Positions 21,449 to 30,265 of a stretch of 64,000 nucleotides of DNA are shown one piece after another; position 1 is the first letter of the stretch, and each line of letters opens with the position of its first letter. The stretch comes from a virus. The notes beneath the pieces were generated by a model, which saw only the letters and a program-made list of their open reading frames with translations, did no database searches and was not told the DNA's origin. The stretch covers positions 64,001 through 128,000 of the IMG/VR virus record IMGVR_UViG_3300037294_000405. One strand, written 5' to 3'. Position numbers and translations under genes: made by a program.

Positions 21449-22501
21449 ATGAACAAAAGACCACCACGTAATGGTGAAATTATTTTAAAAACACAAAATA
21501 CATTATTGGTAGATGGAAACGCCCTGTTTAAGACAGGGTTTTTCGGAGCCAAAAGTCAATATAACCAACACGGTAATCATGTTGGTGGTATTTATCAATT
21601 CCTTACTACACTTAGAATGATATTAGACGATGATTTATATCATAGGGTCTATGTTTTTTGGGACGGTAACTTTAGTGGTAAGTTAAGATATGAAATTTAC
21701 GAACCATACAAAAGCGGTAGAGGTAAGGATTATAAAAACGGTACCCAACCTATTGATGAGTCTGAATTATTACAAAGAGAAATTGTTTGGGAATATCTAA
21801 ATGAAATGTATATTAGACAATTAAAAGATGAAATAATTGAGGGTGACGACTTCATAGCTTACTATTGTTTAACGAAAAAAGAAAACGAGAAAATAACTAT
21901 CATGACTAATGATAGGGATATGGCACAGTTAATTCAAGAAAATATTAAAGTTTATTTTCTAGATTTGAAGAAATATGTTGATAATGTCAACTTTTCTTCG
22001 TATTTTTGTTATCATTATGAAAATGCAGCGTTGATAAAAACAATGACTGGTGATTCAAGTGATAGTATCAAGGGTATAAAAGGTTTAGGTGAAACAACAC
22101 TAATATCATTATTTCCAGAATTGACACAAAGAAAAGTAAGTTTAACCGAAATTTTAGAAAATGCAAAAAAACAACAAGAACAAAGATTAGTCGATAAGAA
22201 AAAACCACTTAAAGTATTGGATAATATTATCAATGCTGTTACTGAAGGTGTACAAGGTGAAAAAGTTTACGAAATAAATGAAAAATTAGTTAACTTAAGA
22301 AAACCTATGATGACCGAAGATGGTATAAGAAATTTAGAAGAGTTAATTGACGGAACCCTAGACTCATCGGGTAGAGACTTAAAAAACGTTCTAATATACA
22401 TGAAAAGAGATGGGATTGATAAAACTATAGGCGAATACAGGTATCCAGAATATCTTATACCCTTTAAAAACTTAATAGCTAGAGAAAAACTAATATTTTA
22501 A
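21449..22501 (+). CDS. 5'-3' exonuclease / flap endonuclease (T4 RNase H-like)
   Basis: LLVDGN, YKSGR, EGDDFIA, DRDMAQL, GDSSDSIKGIKGLGE. Confidence 0.9.
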   Translation: MNKRPPRNGEIILKTQNTLLVDGNALFKTGFFGAKSQYNQHGNHVGGIYQFLTTLRMILDDDLYHRVYVFWDGNFSGKLRYEIYEPYKSGRGKDYKNGTQPIDESELLQREIVWEYLNEMYIRQLKDEIIEGDDFIAYYCLTKKENEKITIMTNDRDMAQLIQENIKVYFLDLKKYVDNVNFSSYFCYHYENAALIKTMTGDSSDSIKGIKGLGETTLISLFPELTQRKVSLTEILENAKKQQEQRLVDKKKPLKVLDNIINAVTEGVQGEKVYEINEKLVNLRKPMMTEDGIRNLEELIDGTLDSSGRDLKNVLIYMKRDGIDKTIGEYRYPEYLIPFKNLIAREKLIF

Positions 22502-22515
22502 AAAAAAACAACTAT

Positions 22516-23013
22516 ATGAACGCAAAAGAAAAAACAACCGCACCAATTATGAAAAAAATAGAAGAACAAAGATTTGAATTCGTACTTTATATTAATAATA
22601 ACATCATTTGTCAAAGATATTTCCATATTTTTGATTTTAACGAGGACTCAATCAATTCGCTAGATATTAAAGAAATGGTTGATGAAATTGCTGGTATGAA
22701 CAAGGGTGAATTTGGTACGTTAGGTATCATACCTAATTATTTAAAAAGAAAATCAATGCAGTACCTTTGGGAAAATTATAACCCATACTTTGTACAAACA
22801 GATGAATCTTATAGAGCACCAGCCAAAAAAGGTGACGAGTTTCAATTTGAATTTAAGGTCGATAAAAGAGTCGTTGTGTCAGCACAATTTTCAAACGAAT
22901 TTTTTACTTTAAACCCTAGGGTTAGTGTTGATATTAGAGAAGTTATCCCAGAAATTATGTCTGAGATTAGACAAACAACTAGTAGAAATAAATATTCAAT
23001 GGTGACAGTTTAA
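22516..23013 (+). CDS. Hypothetical protein
   Basis: 165 aa ORF in operon context. Confidence 0.7.
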   Translation: MNAKEKTTAPIMKKIEEQRFEFVLYINNNIICQRYFHIFDFNEDSINSLDIKEMVDEIAGMNKGEFGTLGIIPNYLKRKSMQYLWENYNPYFVQTDESYRAPAKKGDEFQFEFKVDKRVVVSAQFSNEFFTLNPRVSVDIREVIPEIMSEIRQTTSRNKYSMVTV

Positions 23014-23067
23014 TAATTATCATTAAATATTTATTATAACACAGGTGAAAAAAAATATAAAAATAGA

Positions 23068-24471
23068 ATGGCAAAAATAGATAAAAATAATTTCGGTTAT
23101 TTAGGATACGACTACCAATTAAGGCTTATAGCACAATTTTTAACGGATAGAAAGTTTGCAAATTCTATATTAGATATCGTTGACCCAAACTACTTTGAAG
23201 ACCAGTATTTGCGAGTAATCGCTGCAACAATAAAAGATGCAAAGGCTACTGATGACATCGTTCCAGATGTTGGTAGCCTTGAATTCAGATTACTAGAAGA
23301 TGTTAAGGACGAATACCAAAGAAAATATGTTATCAGTCAACTACGTAAAATCCAAGAAGCTGACTTGAATGATACCTTGAAAGTCCAAGATATGGCGATG
23401 AGGTTTTGTAAACAACAAGAAATGAGAAAATCGATGATGCAAGTTAATAAAATCATCGAACGAGGTAACCTTGAAGATTACGAACAAGTTGAAGCTATTA
23501 TAAGGAAAGCACTTGAGCATGGTGATGCTAAAGATGATGGTATTAACGTTTTTGATGGTATAGAACATGTTTTAATTGATGATTTTAGAAAACCAATTGC
23601 TACTGGAATAAAAGGATTAGATGAAGTCATGGATGGTGGGTTATCCAGAGGTGAGTTAGCAGTAATATTAGCACCATTCGGTGTTGGTAAAACAACCATG
23701 ATGACAAAATTAGCTAACACCGCAATGGCAGATGGTTATAAAGTTTTACAAATATTTTTCGAAGACAACCCAAAAGTTATCCAAAGAAAACATTTAGCTT
23801 GTTCTTCTGGATATGAACTAAATAGTTTAAGCTTACACAAAGAAGAAATATTTGAAATTGTTGCAAAATTACCTCATGAAAACCTTAAACTTAAAAAGTT
23901 CTCTAGTGATGGTACTACAATTCCAATTATTAGACAACACATTAGAAAGTTGATAGCGCAAGGTTTTAGACCAGATATAGTTTTATTAGATTATATTGAT
24001 TGTGTTGAACCATCAAGAAAATTTGATGATATTAACGCTGGTGAAGGTAGTGTTATGCGACAATTTGAAACACTTTTATCTGAATTAGATATAGCTGGAT
24101 GGACGGCTGTTCAAGGTAATAGAAGCTCTATTTCGGCTGATGTGGTTGAAGCTAACCAAATAGGTGGTTCAATTAAAAAAGGCCAAATTGGTCACTTTAT
24201 TGTGTCTATAGCGAAAAACTTAGACCAAAAAGAAGCTAGTACTGCGACAATGGCGATACTTAAATCTCGTTTTGGTAAGGATGGTCTCATCTTTCAAGAT
24301 ATTAGATTTGATAACGCAAGAATTCAAATAGATATGGGTCAAAGTAAAGGTGCCAGAACTCAAACGGAACATAAGACTGATAAAGAAGAAGTTAACCAAA
24401 ATAGAGTTAACACAGTATTAGCGGCTGCTCAAAACAGAAACACTATATTGAATAATCCAACTCAAAGATAG
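23068..24471 (+). CDS. Replicative DnaB-family helicase (gp41-like)
   Basis: Walker A APFGVGKT, LLDYID, TAVQGNR, KSRFG. Confidence 0.9.
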   Translation: MAKIDKNNFGYLGYDYQLRLIAQFLTDRKFANSILDIVDPNYFEDQYLRVIAATIKDAKATDDIVPDVGSLEFRLLEDVKDEYQRKYVISQLRKIQEADLNDTLKVQDMAMRFCKQQEMRKSMMQVNKIIERGNLEDYEQVEAIIRKALEHGDAKDDGINVFDGIEHVLIDDFRKPIATGIKGLDEVMDGGLSRGELAVILAPFGVGKTTMMTKLANTAMADGYKVLQIFFEDNPKVIQRKHLACSSGYELNSLSLHKEEIFEIVAKLPHENLKLKKFSSDGTTIPIIRQHIRKLIAQGFRPDIVLLDYIDCVEPSRKFDDINAGEGSVMRQFETLLSELDIAGWTAVQGNRSSISADVVEANQIGGSIKKGQIGHFIVSIAKNLDQKEASTATMAILKSRFGKDGLIFQDIRFDNARIQIDMGQSKGARTQTEHKTDKEEVNQNRVNTVLAAAQNRNTILNNPTQR

Positions 24472-24475
24472 CGCA

Positions 24476-24510
24476 AAATAAAATAAAATAAAATAAAATA
24501 AAATAAAATA
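24476..24510. repeat. Microsatellite (AAATA)x7 upstream of nrdB
   Basis: Seven exact 5-bp copies. Confidence 0.9.
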
Positions 24511-24528
24511 ACTATTTAATAAAAAAAA

Positions 24529-25482
24529 ATGACTGAACCAATATTAACTAACAACCCAAACAGATTTGTACTTTTCCCTATTGAACACCAAGATATTTGG
24601 GATTTGTATGAAACACAATTAAGCGCTATGTGGACAACTCAAGAAGTTGATTTATCTAAAGACATTGACCACTGGAATAATAAACTAACTGAAAAGGAAA
24701 GATTTTTTGTTAAAAACGTGTTAGCCTTCTTTGCTGCCAGTGATGGTATAGTGAATGAAAATCTAGCTATAAATTTCTTAAATGAGGTTCAATACACCGA
24801 AGCAAAGTTTTTTTATGGTTTTCAAATTATGATGGAAAACATACATAGTCAAATGTATTCCTTACTTATTGATACATACATTAAAGACACTAAAGAAAGA
24901 CAAGAATGCTTTAATGCTATTGAATACATGCCACCAGTTAAGAAAAAAGCTGAATGGGCGTTAAAATGGATTGAATCTGAATCTTTTGTTGAGAGATTAA
25001 TAGCCTTTGTTGCTGTAGAAGGTATTTTCTTTTCTGGTTCTTTCTGTAGTATTTTTTATTTAAAATCTAGGGGTTTAATGCCAGGTTTATGTGATTCAAA
25101 TACATTCATTTCTAGAGATGAAGCTATGCACGCTGATTTTGCCATTCATTTGTTAAATAACCATATAGTTGACAAACCATCTAAAGAAAGAATTAAAGAA
25201 ATTTTCTTATCTGCTTTAGAGATTGAGAAAGAATTTATTACCGAATCATTACCAGTTTCGCTTATTGGTATGAACTCTAATGTTATGAAACAATATTTAG
25301 AGTTTGTTGTTGATGGTTTATTACAACAATTAGAGTGTGATAAAGAATTTAATAGTAAAAACCCTTTTGAGTTTATGAATCAAATTGCTTTAAAAACAAA
25401 GGCAAATTTTTTCGAGGGTCGTTCAACGGAATATAAATCAGCTGATTTAAGTGGGCCAATCTCATTTGATGAAGAAATTTAA
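24529..25482 (+). CDS. nrdB: Class Ia ribonucleotide reductase beta subunit
   Basis: [20 protein letters not shown] (radical Tyr), [14 protein letters not shown]. Confidence 0.95.
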   Translation: MTEPILTNNPNRFVLFPIEHQDIWDLYETQLSAMWTTQEVDLSKDIDHWNNKLTEKERFFVKNVLAFFAASDGIVNENLAINFLNEVQYTEAKFFYGFQIMMENIHSQMYSLLIDTYIKDTKERQECFNAIEYMPPVKKKAEWALKWIESESFVERLIAFVAVEGIFFSGSFCSIFYLKSRGLMPGLCDSNTFISRDEAMHADFAIHLLNNHIVDKPSKERIKEIFLSALEIEKEFITESLPVSLIGMNSNVMKQYLEFVVDGLLQQLECDKEFNSKNPFEFMNQIALKTKANFFEGRSTEYKSADLSGPISFDEEI

Positions 25483-25499
25483 CATTAATAAATAAAAAT

Positions 25500-27074
25500 A
25501 TGCAAGTAATAAAAAGAAACGGTAATAAAATAGATTTCAACCCAAATAAAATTCTTACCAGAATAAAAAAACAATCCGAAGGGTTAAAAGTTAACGCTGA
25601 CGAGGTGTTTATAAAGGTTACGCAAGGTATTGCTGATGATATGACAACAAATGAGTTAGATGATTTGATTTCAGTCGTATCTGAATCATTAGCTATGAAT
25701 CATCCAGACTATTCAAAATTGGCTGCAAATATATCCATAACTAAATTACATAAAGAAACCGATGACTCGTTCATGAAGGCAATAAAAAAAATGTACAATT
25801 TAGGTTTATTGAATGATGTGTATTTTAATAAAGTTAAAGAAAATATAGAGTTAATCGAATCAACAATCGATTATTCTAGAGATTTTAATTTTGATTATTT
25901 TGGTTGGTGTTCTCTTAAAGACATATATCTTTTAAAAACAAAAGATGGTGTGATAGTAGAAAGACCACAACAAATGTATGTTAGGGTCGCTCTTATGGTG
26001 ACAGAAAACGCTGAAGATTTTATTGAAAAATACAATTACATAAGTAATCAAAAAGAAAGCCCAGCAACGCCTATAAAAATGAACATAGGAACAACAATTG
26101 GTCAAATTGCCTCGTGTAATTTATCGATTGTCCCAGATGATTCAACAGAAGGGTTATTAGATATCCTAGGTAGAATTGCTATATCATCATCAAAAGCAGA
26201 AGGTATAGGTTTAGCTATTTCAAATATTCGTTCAAAAGAAAGTAATGTGGGTAATTCAAACGGAAAAGCTGGTGGTATTTTAAAATACCTTAAAGTTGTT
26301 AATGAAACACTTAGATTCTGGAACCAAAGAGGTAAAAGACCTGGCTCTTGTGCTGTTTATATTGAACCATGGCATAAAGATGTTTTTGATGTTTTAGATA
26401 TAAGAAAAAAGACAGGTGATGATACTTTAAGGGCTCGTGACTTATTTTCAGCACTATGGATTCCAAATAATTTTATGAGAGCTGTTGAAACAAATGATGC
26501 TTGGTATTTATTCTGTCCAAACGACATAAAAGAAGCTGGTTTAAAGCCATTTTATGGTATTTATGGTAAAGAGTATGAGGAAGAATATAATAAGGCCGTA
26601 GAGATGGGTATTGGTACCAAAATTAAAGCACATGATTTATGGCTTAAAATTTTGGAATCACAAATTGAAACTGGTATGCCATATATGTGCTTTAAAGACC
26701 ACGTTAATGAGAAATCCAACCAAAAAAATATTGGTATGATTCACTCTAGTAATTTGTGTGTTGATGGTAAAACAATTATTAAAACAAAATATCATGGTAA
26801 GGAAGTTGATTTTAATATTTCCGATGTTGTTAACGATTTTAATGTAGAACACGGTATAGAAGTATTAAGTTATAATATTGAAACAAATAAACCAGAATAT
26901 AAAAAGATAACAAATGCTGCCTTAATGAATGAGTCAGCTGATGTTTTAAAGATAACTGATGAGGAAACTGGTAAACATATTATTTGCACACCAGAACACC
27001 AAATATTCACAAAAAATAGAGGATATGTGTTAGCTAAAGATTTAGTTGAGACTGATGTATTAGAAATATTTTAA
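25500..27074 (+). CDS. nrdA: Ribonucleotide reductase alpha subunit, N-terminal part fused to split-intein N fragment
   Basis: ATP cone (VIKRNG), ERPQ, QRGKRPGS, ETGMPY, SSNL followed by intein CVDGKT. Confidence 0.93.
   Translation: MQVIKRNGNKIDFNPNKILTRIKKQSEGLKVNADEVFIKVTQGIADDMTTNELDDLISVVSESLAMNHPDYSKLAANISITKLHKETDDSFMKAIKKMYNLGLLNDVYFNKVKENIELIESTIDYSRDFNFDYFGWCSLKDIYLLKTKDGVIVERPQQMYVRVALMVTENAEDFIEKYNYISNQKESPATPIKMNIGTTIGQIASCNLSIVPDDSTEGLLDILGRIAISSSKAEGIGLAISNIRSKESNVGNSNGKAGGILKYLKVVNETLRFWNQRGKRPGSCAVYIEPWHKDVFDVLDIRKKTGDDTLRARDLFSALWIPNNFMRAVETNDAWYLFCPNDIKEAGLKPFYGIYGKEYEEEYNKAVEMGIGTKIKAHDLWLKILESQIETGMPYMCFKDHVNEKSNQKNIGMIHSSNLCVDGKTIIKTKYHGKEVDFNISDVVNDFNVEHGIEVLSYNIETNKPEYKKITNAALMNESADVLKITDEETGKHIICTPEHQIFTKNRGYVLAKDLVETDVLEIF
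26757..27071 (+). mobile_element. Split intein IntN (105 aa) of NrdA
   Basis: Block A CVDGKTII; block B IICTPEHQIFTKNRGYV; ends at stop codon. Confidence 0.92.
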
Positions 27075-27079
27075 TCTTT

Positions 27080-27121
27080 TTGTGATTTCCATTATATTTA
27101 TTGTTATAATGGAAATCACAA
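27080..27121 (+). promoter_or_regulatory. 17-bp hairpin covering the endonuclease initiation region, containing a late-promoter motif
   Basis: TTGTGATTTCCATTATA (27080-27096) is the exact reverse complement of TATAATGGAAATCACAA (27105-27121); TATTTAT at 27095-27101. Confidence 0.8.
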
Positions 27122-27867
27122 TGGAAAAAAAATATTACGTATACGCTTACCTGGACCCTAGAGAAATTGGTGAGTATAATTTTGGAAATTATATTTTTAA
27201 AAATAAACCTTTTTATATTGGAAAGGGTAAAGATAGTTCTAATAGGTTAGAAAAACATTTAAAATTAATAAAAGAACAAAATAAAGATTTAACAAATAAT
27301 ATTTATAAGTTAAATGTTATTAATCAAATATTAAAAAATGGGTTAGAACCCATAATAATAAAAATAGTTGAAGGGTTAGAAGAACAAACCGCTTATGATA
27401 TTGAAAGTTTATTAATAGATATAATGGGTTTTAGACATAATAAAAGTGGTATTCTAACCAATTTAACTAAAGGTGGGTTAGGTGGTGATACGTTTACTAA
27501 TAACCCAAATAAAGAAGAAATACGTGAAAAACATAGGTTAAACGCTACTGGTGTTAATAACAATATGTATGGGTTATCTTTAAAAGAACGACCATCACAT
27601 AAAGCTAAAATAAATGGTAATCATTGGAACTTAGGTAGAAAAGCTAATGATGAAACTTTAAAAAAGATGTCTATTAATAATACTAGAGAAAATAACCCAA
27701 ACGCTAAAACTGTTGTTAAAATGAGTGTAAATGGTGAAGAAATTGACACTTACTTAACTACTGTTGAAGCAGCTGAAAAGAATAATATTAAACATAAGTC
27801 TGGAATTAGTAGAGCTTGTAAACAAGGAACCACTGCTGGTGGTTTTAAATGGAAATTTAAAAATTAA
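27109..27867 (+). CDS. Free-standing GIY-YIG homing endonuclease with NUMOD-type DNA-binding tail
   Basis: YYVYAYLD...FYIGKG...R...E...LTNLTKGG; C-terminal ISRAC...TAGGFKWKF; start at ATG 27109 or 27121. Confidence 0.85.
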   Translation: MEITMEKKYYVYAYLDPREIGEYNFGNYIFKNKPFYIGKGKDSSNRLEKHLKLIKEQNKDLTNNIYKLNVINQILKNGLEPIIIKIVEGLEEQTAYDIESLLIDIMGFRHNKSGILTNLTKGGLGGDTFTNNPNKEEIREKHRLNATGVNNNMYGLSLKERPSHKAKINGNHWNLGRKANDETLKKMSINNTRENNPNAKTVVKMSVNGEEIDTYLTTVEAAEKNNIKHKSGISRACKQGTTAGGFKWKFKN

Positions 27868-27872
27868 AATAA

Positions 27873-27971
27873 ATGATAAAAATAGAAAAATTAAACGAAA
27901 AAATACCAGTATACGATATTACTGTTGAGGATAACCATAATTTTTTTGGTAATGATATATTAGTACATAAT
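27873..27971 (+). mobile_element. Split intein IntC (33 aa) of NrdA
   Basis: VYDITVEDNHNFFGNDILVHN followed by Cys+1 at 27972. Confidence 0.92.
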
Positions 27972-29027
27972 TGTTCGGAAATTATGGAGACGACCAATGC
28001 TGAAACAACAGCTATTTGTACACTTACTAGCATCCCAGTTCAAAAATATATTATAGATGGAGTTTACGACTTCATAGAATTAGGTAAAGTAGCACGTTCA
28101 ATAACAAAATCATTAAACATAGCTTTAGAGGTTAACGAATATTCAACACCAGAAGGTAGAAAAGGTGGTTTAGAACAAAGAGCATTAGGTATTGGTATAC
28201 AAGGTTTAGCAGATGTGTTTGCTATATTAAAATTAGCGTTCACTGGTGAAATAGCTAGACAATTAAATAAAGACATATTTGAAACGATTTATTTTAATGC
28301 TTTAAGTGAATCTTGTGCTTTAGCTAAAAAAACTGGGTTAACGTATGATGGTTACGAGGGCTCACCAATTTCTGAAGGCATTTTCCAATGGCAAATGTGG
28401 GGGTTGACTGAAGATAATTTATCTGGTATGCATGATTGGAAAGGGTTAAGAAAAGACATTAAAAAATATGGTGTTAGAAACTCTTTAGTTACAACATGCC
28501 CACCAACAGCTAGTTCAGCTCGTGTAATTGGTTCGAACGAAGCTTTCGAACCGTTCACTTCAAATCTTTATGTTCGAAGAGTGACTGGTGGTGAATTTGC
28601 TATGGTAAACAAACATTTAGTTAAAGATTTAGAGTCGGAAGGTCTATGGAATAGAGAAATTCTTAGTGAATTGATAAAAAATAATGGTAGTGTTCAAAAC
28701 ATACCAGTTATTAGTTTAGAGATGAAAGAAAGATATAAAACAGTTTGGGAGATTTCACAAAAAGCGTTAATTGAAATGTCTGCTGATAGAGCACCATTCA
28801 TTGACCAATCACAAAGTCTTAATATTTTCTTCAGCACACCTACCGTTGGTAAATTAACGACATCACATAATTTGTCTTGGAAATTAGGTCTTAAAACTGG
28901 TCAGTATTATTTAAGGAGTGAGTCCGTTGATATGAAAGCTAAACATTTAGCTATTGATATGACAAAACAAAAACAAGTAGAAAAACCTACCGAAAGTCAA
29001 TTTGAGTGTGTGGGTTGTTCAAGTTAA
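27873..29027 (+). CDS. nrdA: Split-intein C fragment fused to ribonucleotide reductase alpha subunit C-terminal part
   Basis: IntC then CSEI, GIGIQGLAD, PPTAS, DQSQSLN, GLKTGQYYLR, terminal CVGC. Confidence 0.93.
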   Translation: MIKIEKLNEKIPVYDITVEDNHNFFGNDILVHNCSEIMETTNAETTAICTLTSIPVQKYIIDGVYDFIELGKVARSITKSLNIALEVNEYSTPEGRKGGLEQRALGIGIQGLADVFAILKLAFTGEIARQLNKDIFETIYFNALSESCALAKKTGLTYDGYEGSPISEGIFQWQMWGLTEDNLSGMHDWKGLRKDIKKYGVRNSLVTTCPPTASSARVIGSNEAFEPFTSNLYVRRVTGGEFAMVNKHLVKDLESEGLWNREILSELIKNNGSVQNIPVISLEMKERYKTVWEISQKALIEMSADRAPFIDQSQSLNIFFSTPTVGKLTTSHNLSWKLGLKTGQYYLRSESVDMKAKHLAIDMTKQKQVEKPTESQFECVGCSS

Positions 29028-29044
29028 TAAAAGATAAATAAATT

Positions 29045-29070
29045 AAAGGGTCCAATAGGGCCCTTTTTTT
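29045..29070 (+). terminator. Intrinsic terminator
   Basis: AAAGGGTCC-AATA-GGGCCCTTT plus T run after nrdA. Confidence 0.8.
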
Positions 29071-29129
29071 ATTTCCCATATTTACTTATAAAAATTGTTT
29101 AGTATTATATTTATCAAATAAACACAATT

Positions 29130-29879
29130 ATGGCAAACGGTAAATACATAAACATAAATTACCCCAATATATACATATATGCTTTGGTTTCAGAAGAAGA
29201 CCAAAAAAACATTAAATATATTGGAGTAACTTCTAAAACACCTTCAAATCGATTAAGTAATCATATTTATGAAGCAAAAAAAACACCTAATAAAACTGAT
29301 AAAACAAAATGGATTACATCTGTAAATTATAAGTTAAAACAAATAATTTTAGATATTGTTGATTTTGAAACAGCATATTTTTGGGAACAATATTGGATAT
29401 CACAATTTAAAACATGGGGTTTTGTTTTAGTAAATTCAAATAATGGTGGTGGTGGTTTAGGTAAAAGAAGCATTGAATTTTCAGCTTGGTTAAGTAATAG
29501 GAATAAAGGTAATAAATATAATTTAGGTAAAACACATTCTGAAGATACTAAATTAAAAATGAGTAATAAAAAACTTGGTAAACCATCACCTAGAAAAGGT
29601 ATTGAAGTGTTAGAAAAAACCAAAGAAAAACAATCTAAAGCTAAAATAGGTAGTGTTGGTAATGCAACTGGTTTTAAACATACAGAAGAAACTAAAAATA
29701 AGAAAAGAAAAAAAGTTTTACAAATAAGTATTAATGGTCAAATAATAAATGAATTTACATCAGTATCTGATGTCTCAAATTATTTTTCTGTAAATATTTC
29801 TACTATATCAAAAAGATTAGATAAAAATAAAGAATATAAAGGTTTTATATTCAAAACTAAAATAGAAAACAATGGCTAA
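29130..29879 (+). CDS. GIY-YIG homing endonuclease (NUMOD3 repeats) fused in frame to a copy of the first 12 codons of the gp25 gene
   Basis: YIYAL...YIGVT...R...EQYWI...N; GKTHSEDTKLKMS, GFKHTEETK; N-terminus MANGKYININYP duplicates the downstream gene start. Confidence 0.85.
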   Translation: MANGKYININYPNIYIYALVSEEDQKNIKYIGVTSKTPSNRLSNHIYEAKKTPNKTDKTKWITSVNYKLKQIILDIVDFETAYFWEQYWISQFKTWGFVLVNSNNGGGGLGKRSIEFSAWLSNRNKGNKYNLGKTHSEDTKLKMSNKKLGKPSPRKGIEVLEKTKEKQSKAKIGSVGNATGFKHTEETKNKKRKKVLQISINGQIINEFTSVSDVSNYFSVNISTISKRLDKNKEYKGFIFKTKIENNG

Positions 29880-29907
29880 TGGTCGCTTTATAAACATAAA
29901 TTACCCC
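29166..29907 (+). mobile_element. Endonuclease cassette carrying a replacement 5' end of the gp25 gene
   Basis: 18-bp direct repeat ATAAACATAAATTACCCC at 29148-29165 and 29890-29907. Confidence 0.75.
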
Positions 29908-30258
29908 TTTAAGGATAGTAACAAAGGTTTTTTCTTAGATTTGAATGATGAAGATAGTCAAGCGATAAAAGCCGACCTTCTACATATAATATTAACTAGA
30001 AAAGGTCAAAGACTTTATAAACCAGACTTTGGTACTGATTTATTAAAATTTATCTTTGAACCACAAGATGGAATGACGTTAAATGCCGTTAAAGAAGAAA
30101 TTAAATCAGTAGTAAAACTTTATTTACCAAAATTACAATTAGATGAAATTTTAGTTGAAGAAGCTACCGAAAGCGAATACGCTGCTGTGTTCACTTTAAA
30201 ATATACAATAACAGATGCTGTTTTTACAACATCAGACATAGTAGTAGTAAAACTATAA
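29872..30258 (+). CDS. Baseplate wedge protein gp25/GPW family
   Basis: IKADLLHIILTRKGQRLYKPDFGTDL..FIFEP. Confidence 0.9.
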   Translation: MANGRFININYPFKDSNKGFFLDLNDEDSQAIKADLLHIILTRKGQRLYKPDFGTDLLKFIFEPQDGMTLNAVKEEIKSVVKLYLPKLQLDEILVEEATESEYAAVFTLKYTITDAVFTTSDIVVVKL

Positions 30259-30265
30259 ATAAATT

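Noticed and set aside
25500-27074. nrdA and sbcC as truncated pseudogenes
   Set aside because: Both breaks are bordered by intact intein blocks, and the exteins rejoin exactly into catalytic motifs
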